A stretch of DNA of 64,000 nucleotides. Origin: Kiritimatiellia bacterium (GTDB lineage: Bacteria > Verrucomicrobiota > Kiritimatiellia > RFP12 > JBMNHG01). The stretch covers positions 124,001 to 188,000 of the forward strand of contig JBMNHG010000003.1 of NCBI GenBank assembly GCA_050950285.1, in the 5' to 3' direction. Positions 41,237 to 48,961 of this stretch are shown piece after piece; within the stretch, counting starts at the first letter, position 1; each line of letters begins with the position of its first letter. The notes under the pieces were generated by a model. That model was not told the origin of the DNA. It saw only the letters and a list, made by a program, of their open reading frames with translations, and searched no databases. A program made the translations under genes and the position numbers.

Positions 41237-44200
41237 TCAATGCAGCGTCCAGACCGTCCCCAACGCCCCCGTGTTGATACGGGCCTCGTTGGGAATATCG
41301 GAAACCAGGCCCGTGCGACGGTTGAAGAGATACACCCTCGCCGCGTTCGCCCTTCCGTCGGCATCGGAAAAAATGACGCCGACATCGATCTTCCGTCCGT
41401 AGTCGCCGGACGGAAGAATCATCTCCACCCGATCGCCTCCACGCACAAGACGCGCCGTCTCCGAAATCCCCACGTGCGCGAACCGCTCGGACATCACCGG
41501 AGAGAAATACGTGTATTCACGGCCTTCCCCCTCCCGGCGCATCTCAAGAACGACATCGCGTCCCTGGAAGCCGGCCCCGAGGTAACGGACACCCTCGAAC
41601 TGCACGTCAACACAGTCCCCACCCTTAAAAAGGAATTCCGGCTCGCGCGCGGAGTTCCTCCATGGCGATTTATCGGTGATCTGCCACACGAAATGAAGCT
41701 CCTTTCCATCATCCCACGCCTTCACGGTGGCAAATTCCGGGAATCCGGCGCGCCGAAGCAAATACGTCTTTGACGAGGATTCGGATTCCCCGATCACGAA
41801 ACACGCCGGCACCGGCGCGTCCCCCTCCTCCGATTCCTGTTTCGCGGCCATCGCCACAAGATGCTCCTCCGAAAGGACAATCTCTTTCTCGACAGGACTT
41901 CCCGCCGTCTCCAATCCCTCCAGTTCCACAATGCCCGGCGCCTGCCGGGCCAACGACACCGTCTCGCGAAGCACTCCGTCATCGTGGCGTCCGAACCAGC
42001 CTGAAAATGGTTCACTTCCGTTCGAAAATCGATCACACCATTTCCCGACAAGATCCGCTTCTTTGGCCGGCAGCGGCGGCGCCGGAAGTCGCGAATCATG
42101 AAAAAGCGAACCGAGATAGAAACCGTCTTCGTCAAAATAGAAATCGCTTCCGTGATTGCCGCGCAGCGCCACGATTCCCGGTCTTCCGTCAACCCCGCCG
42201 GCCGCCCCCATGATCCGCAAAGCTCCGATGACGAGTCCCGGCCGCGGCATCGGCGCGGAATGCGATCCGTGAACATGGAAATACGGCAGCGGATACCGCC
42301 AGCGGAACTTGCCGGTCATCCCGTTGAACCCGATAAGCCAGTTCTCCACGCGGGCGCCCGGTTCGCGCCGGTACTCCCCGAAGGCGACCACGGTATCGGA
42401 ACCGGGAACAGGACAGGATTCACGAAGCGCCCACTGCTCCGACACGTCTTCCAGGCGGCGTAACGCCGATGGGTCGTACACCGGTGTTCCATCTTCCAGA
42501 AAACGGGATGGCGCCAGCCGGTACACTCCGCTTCGGTCGCGATAGGAAAGATAAAAGCCGAGATCCCGCTTGTCGCATCGGCGATACCACCCCGCGCCGT
42601 ACATCGGGAAGTCCGGCTTGCCGCTCAAACCATATCCGGAGACGGGCGTCACAAGATCCGCCGGATACTTCGTCTTCTCCCTCGCAGGAACCACGGTACA
42701 CTCCTCCTTCGTCACCGCGCCATTTCCGTCCAGATCGGACCAGAAAAGAAGATCTGCCGGATCATTTCCGGCAAACTCTCCTTCCGGCGGACGGACGATC
42801 AGCGTGCCCCGCCACCAGGCACTTTCCCAGTAATCCGTCTCGCCGTACAGCCCCTGCAGATGCGCGACGTTGAAGATCCCGGCGACATGACGCCAGCGCC
42901 CGTCCTCGCCCTTGAGATACCAGTCGGCCACGACTCCGGTCTCGAGCGCCGCCGGAGCGAAAAGATACTCCCGTCCGTGGAAGAAAAACACCTCGCCGTT
43001 ACAGTTGCCGCGCAGGAGACGGTCATGGGTTTCCAGTGTGCCGTGATAGACTCCCTGCGGCACCGCCGGATCAAGATAGATCTCGTTCCCCTCGGCATAA
43101 GCCCGCATCGGGTCGGATTCGTGAAGCCATGTCCCCGAGCACATGTATTCCGTCCCCCCGAGAAAAGTCTTCTCGATCCGTCCGTCCGTCCCGGTCACGG
43201 TGATCCGCCGCGGCGAACGGTCGATGCTCGCCTCCCAAACGCGACCGCGCGCATCCACCGCCCGGCGATCCGCACCGAGAACAACATCGAGCCGGTTCGT
43301 GGCATCCACGGGTTCCGACGTATACGAACCGGTCTCCGCATCGAAAACAAGAAGCACCTTGCCGGAATAAGGACGGAACTCCGGCACCATGTAGATTTTC
43401 GTCCCGTCCGCACTCACGGCAATCGCCCCGCCGTCTCCGCAGCCGGGAAGCTCACTCCAGAGCTTGCGTCCCTCGAGATCGACCGCGACGATACCGTATC
43501 CGCCCTCCGTGAAGGGTGATGCGAGAATCATCTTCTCTCCCGCGCGAACGATCGCCCGAACATTCAGATGGTCGCTCGTCCAGCCGCCCTTCCCGTCGGG
43601 AGTCAGCCAAGGCGGATCGCCGGGGTTGTAGAAATGCCGGATATACCGGGCATGAAGCGGACCGGTCTCAACGGTCCGGGAGACATAGCGGCCCGGCTTC
43701 ACAAGAAGGCCGTCGTCGTCGCGCCCGTCCCATTCGCCGGCAGCGCCCTCCGCGACGAAATTGCGGATACGGTTCCCGTCGGCATCCTCGATCACGGTCG
43801 CGTACGTGCTGCCGCCAGCCGCCCCGGTTCTCTGCGGCACATAGGCGCGTTTCGCAGCCGGCAGTGTCTCCGACAGTTCGCAATCGCCCCAGGCTGCGGG
43901 TTTCACGCAGTAGAATTCCCGGTCCGTACATCCCGGCTGCATGTTGTCGGCATACCGAAGAATCGGCACGTCGCGTCCGTTCTCCGCACCCCAAAGGAAC
44001 TCCATCCCCAGTTTGAAAATGAACCCCGCACGCGCTTGTCCCGCTTGAACGCCCAAATAGCGCCAGGGAATCCGGAGTTCATGGATGAACCCGCCGTCCG
44101 TGAGCGAATATTCCGAGGAGATCCCCGTGACCGGTCCATAGGAATACTCCTCTTCCACTTTCTCGAGACCGGCAGGCGTCCCCTTGCGAAACCGTTCCCA

Positions 44201-44626
44201 GAGACAGGCGTTTGTCCGGCCGAGATAGCTCCAGGCCGTAAGATAGAAATAATCGTCGCCGCACCACACCCGCAACTGCTCGGCATCGGCCTTCCAGCCG
44301 GTCGTCTTGTCCGTCGCAGGATTAATTCGGGAATAGAGCGGCGTCGGATCCCGCCAACGGAAGCGCATGTACAACGCCTCGTCATCCCAGACGGCGATCA
44401 CGCCGACCGAATACTCGTCGCGAATGCCAAAATCGGGGAACGACTCTATCTCGGCATTCGCATAGGCGGCCCATTCGTCATCGTATCCGTCAATGACAAT
44501 CGGCGATGTCCGGCGCACCGCGATGATTCCTTCGTTCTGCGAGGCGTTCCCCTGCATGTTGCCGGCGGCAAGGACAGCGGCGGCCGAAAAAAGAAGCGCC
44601 AGGACACATGCAATGCGATTTCTCAT
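41237..44626 (-). CDS. Large secreted protein: CBM9-like, FlgD-Ig-like, beta-propeller and CBM9-like domains
   Basis: Signal peptide; IVIDGYDDEW...WDDEALY..DPTP; IEDADGNRIRNFV...WDGRDDDG...PGRY; VHGSHSAP; FKGGDCVD. Confidence 0.7.
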   Translation of the reverse strand: MRNRIACVLALLFSAAAVLAAGNMQGNASQNEGIIAVRRTSPIVIDGYDDEWAAYANAEIESFPDFGIRDEYSVGVIAVWDDEALYMRFRWRDPTPLYSRINPATDKTTGWKADAEQLRVWCGDDYFYLTAWSYLGRTNACLWERFRKGTPAGLEKVEEEYSYGPVTGISSEYSLTDGGFIHELRIPWRYLGVQAGQARAGFIFKLGMEFLWGAENGRDVPILRYADNMQPGCTDREFYCVKPAAWGDCELSETLPAAKRAYVPQRTGAAGGSTYATVIEDADGNRIRNFVAEGAAGEWDGRDDDGLLVKPGRYVSRTVETGPLHARYIRHFYNPGDPPWLTPDGKGGWTSDHLNVRAIVRAGEKMILASPFTEGGYGIVAVDLEGRKLWSELPGCGDGGAIAVSADGTKIYMVPEFRPYSGKVLLVFDAETGSYTSEPVDATNRLDVVLGADRRAVDARGRVWEASIDRSPRRITVTGTDGRIEKTFLGGTEYMCSGTWLHESDPMRAYAEGNEIYLDPAVPQGVYHGTLETHDRLLRGNCNGEVFFFHGREYLFAPAALETGVVADWYLKGEDGRWRHVAGIFNVAHLQGLYGETDYWESAWWRGTLIVRPPEGEFAGNDPADLLFWSDLDGNGAVTKEECTVVPAREKTKYPADLVTPVSGYGLSGKPDFPMYGAGWYRRCDKRDLGFYLSYRDRSGVYRLAPSRFLEDGTPVYDPSALRRLEDVSEQWALRESCPVPGSDTVVAFGEYRREPGARVENWLIGFNGMTGKFRWRYPLPYFHVHGSHSAPMPRPGLVIGALRIMGAAGGVDGRPGIVALRGNHGSDFYFDEDGFYLGSLFHDSRLPAPPLPAKEADLVGKWCDRFSNGSEPFSGWFGRHDDGVLRETVSLARQAPGIVELEGLETAGSPVEKEIVLSEEHLVAMAAKQESEEGDAPVPACFVIGESESSSKTYLLRRAGFPEFATVKAWDDGKELHFVWQITDKSPWRNSAREPEFLFKGGDCVDVQFEGVRYLGAGFQGRDVVLEMRREGEGREYTYFSPVMSERFAHVGISETARLVRGGDRVEMILPSGDYGRKIDVGVIFSDADGRANAARVYLFNRRTGLVSDIPNEARINTGALGTVWTLH

Positions 44627-47600
44627 TTTTCCTCCTTCACGGAATACTTGGAGATGCGCGTGCGTTCGCGGACAGCGATACGCCCGTTCGCGATCGCCAC
44701 GCGCGTCGGACAATCCAACCCGTCCCGGAAATACAGCGTTCCCCCGCTGGCGTCATCGACCACCGTCAGCGTCCCGCTCTCCGGATCGACCGTCGCCGTG
44801 ATTCCCTCCGCATGGCTGCAGAGCGATTCCCGGCGCAGTTCCTCCGGGTCTCTCTCCACCGCCACCGGGTCGCCACGCCGGCGCCCTTCCCGGTTCAACC
44901 GAAAACGTACACCCCGACCGTCCGCCGCATAGCATTCCAACGCAAAAAAACCATCCCCGGTATCCACGATCCGCGACAGCGCGGGATCCGGATCCAACCA
45001 AGGCTGGAAATCGATCTCGTATGGCGAACGCGGGATGTCGAACGCGATGTCGCCGCGATTGAGGCCGAATTTCTCCACCCGGAGATCCAACGAACGGTCG
45101 GCATAGACTCCGGTGACGCCGTCCGGCAGCACGCCGCCGCCGGCCTCCCGGCGAAGCGTATGAACCGCCAGCGGCGGCGCATCCTCCGCCGCGGTGAAAT
45201 CGAACACCCGCGGGCCGCTCACAATGCGTCCGTTCCAGGTCAGCGTAAAGCACCCGGCCGGCGGCACCGGCCCGATCCGGTTCGTCTCGACAAGCCGTCC
45301 GCTCGCCGCATCCAACCGCATCCGGTAGATAACGCCGTCCGGCAGAAGAAAGACGTACGAACCGTCCGCCTCGCGTTCCGCGTCGATGCCGTGCATCTCG
45401 GCGTTCATCTTCACGTGGGACAGCACGAATCCCGACGCGCCGCCGTAGACAAGCCCCGGCGCCGGCAACAGCGTCTGCGCGTCAAGGAACTTCACGGAGC
45501 CATAGCCCATCGAGACAATGCGGTCGCCCAGGACCCGCCCGTACCGCATCGAAATATCACGGTCGCCGAAAAGCGCCACCGGATCCCCCTCCGGAATCCA
45601 TGTCCCGTCACGGTTCGCGAACTTCACGAGATAGCGTTCGTTCGTTACGGCAACAAGCGAACCGTCCGGAAGATAATCCAGAAGGTTGAGACGGTTCTTC
45701 CCGGGGTGTTCCAGCGGATACTCCGCAGGGCATTTCGTTGATTTCCACGGCTGCGCCGGTCCCCCCGCATGACCGACGAAACGAAGCGTTGTCCAGTCAG
45801 GATGCCGCGATATCCGTTCCAGCCGTATCGTGCCCCATTTCCGCGGTTCCGGAATGATCTCGCCGGGAAGATCGCTGACCAGTCCGGTCTCCTTGTTCGA
45901 CCAGTAGCTGCGCGCCCTGTTGACGCTGCCGGCCTCATCGCCGAAGATCACGCCGAAATCGGCGTCCCCGCCGCGGAAATAGGCGAGCGGAACCGCCGCA
46001 TCCACCTCATACTCTCCGTTCCCGCGCCGGACCGCGACGGGAATGTCGTCCGGAAAACGCACGTCGCCGACAGTGTAGGTCCGCCATGGGGAGGAGAAAT
46101 CGTGCGGGCTTCCCTGCGCCTCGTGACGATACCAGACAACCGAGGTCTCCTCCGGCTCCCCTGCCCGCGGGGAGATCAACAGCCGTTCGGGCGTTCCCTC
46201 TGCGCCACGGAACGAAAAATCCACCGCATCGCCCGTCTTGAACATCGTGAAGCTGTCCTCGCCGTTGTTCACCCAGGGCGAAGGATCGCGCACCTTCCAC
46301 CGAAGATGCAATGCCTTCGCATCCGTGTACGCGAACACCTGCACGTCGCCGAATCCGCTCTTCCACGCCGCGACAGGTACATCGCCGAAATCTCCGCCGC
46401 CGATGGAAGCGAACGCCTTCCCGGACGTCTTCCGCTCCGTGCGTGCATCCGACGCCTGGCGCGCCTCGGCCAGCGCGGCATCGGTGACCGTGATTTCCGA
46501 CACGGTTTCGCGGATGGTATCGAGTCCCTCTATTTCATAGAAACGCATTCCGCCGAACCCGGCCTGCAGAAGATACCGCTCCCCATCCTCGTCGTATCCG
46601 AACCAGCCGCCGAACGGTTCGCCGCCCAGGAACGTCTCGTCGTCGCGGGCGGACACCCGGCAGTCGGTGAAAAGCTCGTCCAGGAGAATGCCGTCCGTCG
46701 TGAGAAAGAAAACACGGCCATGGTCGTTCACGAGCGCGGCGACCTCGGCCGTCTCCGAAAGCTTTGCCACGCCCGCCGGGAAAAGGACTCCCTGGAGAAC
46801 ACCTGTCTCCGGAAGCGGCGCCTTCTGCGCCCCGCTAACCCCCGGATACGGATTCTTCCGGTACCACTCCCGCTCGCCTTCGGCATTCCAGCAGATCATG
46901 TACGGCTCGGTGTCATAGGTGATCGCTCGCCCGAAACGATCGTTGAACGCCGCGGCGACCGGCGGAACGGCCTGCCCCGCCGGAAGCCCGGTCTTCACGC
47001 GCCGCCGCTCACGCCAGATCCGGTTCAAATCATACGGCGGCGCAAAATGCGCCAGCGACACCTCGCCGTTCTCCGCCACCGGAATCGTGAACGCAAGCGA
47101 AGCCCGCGGCTGAAAACACCAGCCCGCCGCCGCCGCGAACGAAGCCCGGGGGAAGAACTGGGTGACGCTGCCACCCTCCGAAATCATGACAAGCTGGCCG
47201 ATATCCCCGTCCGGGCGCCACTTCTCCCCGTAATGGATGCCGTTCTGCGTCGCAAATTCCAGAACCGGCGCCAGACTCGATCCGTCGAATTCATACAGCG
47301 TGGTGCGCCGGAGAAACCCCCAGGCATAGATCCGCCCGTCCGCCTCGAAGATATCATAGCAGCGGGACGACACCGACCCGTCCGACAGAGAGCCGAGCAG
47401 CTCCTCCTCGCCACGATCCGGATCCAACCGCCAAAGCGCGTCCTGCGCAATCCAGCGCCGACCCCGCCCCGGGAACTTTCCCCCTCCGGGAGCGCCATAG
47501 CGGGCGGACCCCAGCTTCTCGACAAGCAAAGCGCCAGTCTTCAAATTCCAGCAAGTCAGACGCTGGGGGTTCAGACGGTCCTCGGTCACCCAGAGACGAT

Positions 47601-48261
47601 CCGGCTCCAGGACAAGGTACGAAGTAGGATTCACAAGAACATCCCGGCGCCACGGGCCAACGTACGGCGCGACAGTCCGCTTCGCGAGAAACGCCTTCGC
47701 CTCTGCGGCACGGTATTCTCGGTCCCGCTTCGCCTGCACGGAGATCTCCGCCGGTATTGTCTTGGAACGCCGACGCTCCGAACGGACGACCCGCCCCGTC
47801 CGCGCGTCCATTGTCACCACGGCGGGACCGCTCTCGCCGAGATCGGCATGCGCCGTGAAAGTACCGTCGTCATTCCGGACCAATTCGCGGAACGGCGTAT
47901 GATCCGGTCCCCACGGCCCCACTTTCGGCTCTCCGCCGTTCGCAAGGGTCGACAGATATCGGTAGCGAAGCGGGCGATGCATGACGGCTCGCACCCGGTA
48001 GACGCCTCCCGAAACCGCCGTGCCATCCTCGGCGTACCCATCCCATTCCAGACGCTGGAACCCCTCGGGGAAATCGCGGGCGGAAACAAGATTGCGGACG
48101 CGCCGACCCGCGGCATCATCGATGACAACCGAGACGCGCCCGGCGAACGGCATCGTGAAGCCGACATCGACAGACGCGCCGACTGCGGCGTGTAGAACGC
48201 CGCAGGCCAACGCCAGCGCGATCGGGGGGAAAACCAAAAACGGGGGGCTCCGGCTCATCAT
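44623..48261 (-). CDS. Large secreted FlgD-Ig/propeller/CBM9-like protein (distant paralog of downstream gene)
   Basis: Signal peptide; VSVVIDDAAGRRVRNLV...WDGYAEDG...GVYRVR; GGEPFGGWF; DPSPWVN...FKTGDAVD; RARSYWSNKETGLVSDLPGE. Stop overlaps the next ATG. Confidence 0.7.
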   Translation of the reverse strand: MMSRSPPFLVFPPIALALACGVLHAAVGASVDVGFTMPFAGRVSVVIDDAAGRRVRNLVSARDFPEGFQRLEWDGYAEDGTAVSGGVYRVRAVMHRPLRYRYLSTLANGGEPKVGPWGPDHTPFRELVRNDDGTFTAHADLGESGPAVVTMDARTGRVVRSERRRSKTIPAEISVQAKRDREYRAAEAKAFLAKRTVAPYVGPWRRDVLVNPTSYLVLEPDRLWVTEDRLNPQRLTCWNLKTGALLVEKLGSARYGAPGGGKFPGRGRRWIAQDALWRLDPDRGEEELLGSLSDGSVSSRCYDIFEADGRIYAWGFLRRTTLYEFDGSSLAPVLEFATQNGIHYGEKWRPDGDIGQLVMISEGGSVTQFFPRASFAAAAGWCFQPRASLAFTIPVAENGEVSLAHFAPPYDLNRIWRERRRVKTGLPAGQAVPPVAAAFNDRFGRAITYDTEPYMICWNAEGEREWYRKNPYPGVSGAQKAPLPETGVLQGVLFPAGVAKLSETAEVAALVNDHGRVFFLTTDGILLDELFTDCRVSARDDETFLGGEPFGGWFGYDEDGERYLLQAGFGGMRFYEIEGLDTIRETVSEITVTDAALAEARQASDARTERKTSGKAFASIGGGDFGDVPVAAWKSGFGDVQVFAYTDAKALHLRWKVRDPSPWVNNGEDSFTMFKTGDAVDFSFRGAEGTPERLLISPRAGEPEETSVVWYRHEAQGSPHDFSSPWRTYTVGDVRFPDDIPVAVRRGNGEYEVDAAVPLAYFRGGDADFGVIFGDEAGSVNRARSYWSNKETGLVSDLPGEIIPEPRKWGTIRLERISRHPDWTTLRFVGHAGGPAQPWKSTKCPAEYPLEHPGKNRLNLLDYLPDGSLVAVTNERYLVKFANRDGTWIPEGDPVALFGDRDISMRYGRVLGDRIVSMGYGSVKFLDAQTLLPAPGLVYGGASGFVLSHVKMNAEMHGIDAEREADGSYVFLLPDGVIYRMRLDAASGRLVETNRIGPVPPAGCFTLTWNGRIVSGPRVFDFTAAEDAPPLAVHTLRREAGGGVLPDGVTGVYADRSLDLRVEKFGLNRGDIAFDIPRSPYEIDFQPWLDPDPALSRIVDTGDGFFALECYAADGRGVRFRLNREGRRRGDPVAVERDPEELRRESLCSHAEGITATVDPESGTLTVVDDASGGTLYFRDGLDCPTRVAIANGRIAVRERTRISKYSVKEEK

Positions 48262-48264
48262 GCG

Positions 48265-48492
48265 TCAGCGGAACGCGGGAATCAGGCCGCTGTTCGATTG
48301 GGGAATGTCGGGCGCGACGGAGTTGTTGGCGAACGCCTCGCGCCCCGCGCAGTCGGCCGACGCCGGGAAGTTGGAATCCACGACCGTATCGTACAGGATG
48401 GACATCTCGCCGCCATCGGTGTAGATGGACGAACGGCCCTTCACGGTGATCTCGTTGCCGCAGGTCGGCGCCTTGCCGGCGACACCGCCGAG
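48265..48492 (-). pseudogene. 3' remnant of a gene truncated at the duplication junction
   Basis: Reads ...GKAPTCGNE...NSGLIPAFR-stop just upstream of the 48261 start; its 5' part is replaced by duplicated sequence. Confidence 0.4.
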
Positions 48493-48961
48493 ACGCATAG
48501 CGCGGCGGATGCGATCCACAGTGTCCTTCGAAACATGTCGTTGTCTTCCCTTTGCTTGCGCGGCGTCCAATAGCCGGGGGAGCGGAGCGCCCCCCTTCCG
48601 GAGCTACGGGGGCTTTCGCTTGGTGGATGCCATCGTACCGGAGCCGGCCCGGGGCGTTCAAGCTGTTTCCGCGCCTGCGTCCTACCGCAGGAGGAAGAGG
48701 GTTCCCGCGGCGGGCGGGAGGCCGATGCAGGTGCGGCCGCGGTGGACGAACACGCGGGCGTCGCGCGGGAGACCGGAGCTGTCGACGAGAATCTTCCCGC
48801 CGGCGACGAGCGCTTCCATCTCCGCCACGCGGTCGCCCTCGGCACGGAAGCCCACGAGCGGGCGCACGCCCGGATCGCCCTCGAAGAAGATCTGCAGCGT
48901 GCCGTTTTCCCCGAAGACCATCGGGACGCCCTCCGCCAGGTCGAGCCCGCAGGAGGCGTCG
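48493..48961. repeat. Right copy of the duplication (gene 3' end, intergenic, and first codons of the YbjN-like gene)
   Basis: Near-identical to 40798-41130; carries a truncated MFRRTLWIASAALCV start. Confidence 0.9.

Noticed and set aside
40842..41240. N-terminal extension of the 40335-41240 ORF (301 aa)
   Set aside because: The extension runs through the collapsed duplicate remnant; the real start with signal peptide is at 40841.
40798..48961. Duplicated gene 3' end as a DGR template/variable repeat pair
   Set aside because: Differences go in both directions and are not adenine-specific, the copy extends into intergenic DNA and the next gene, and there is no intact RT nearby.
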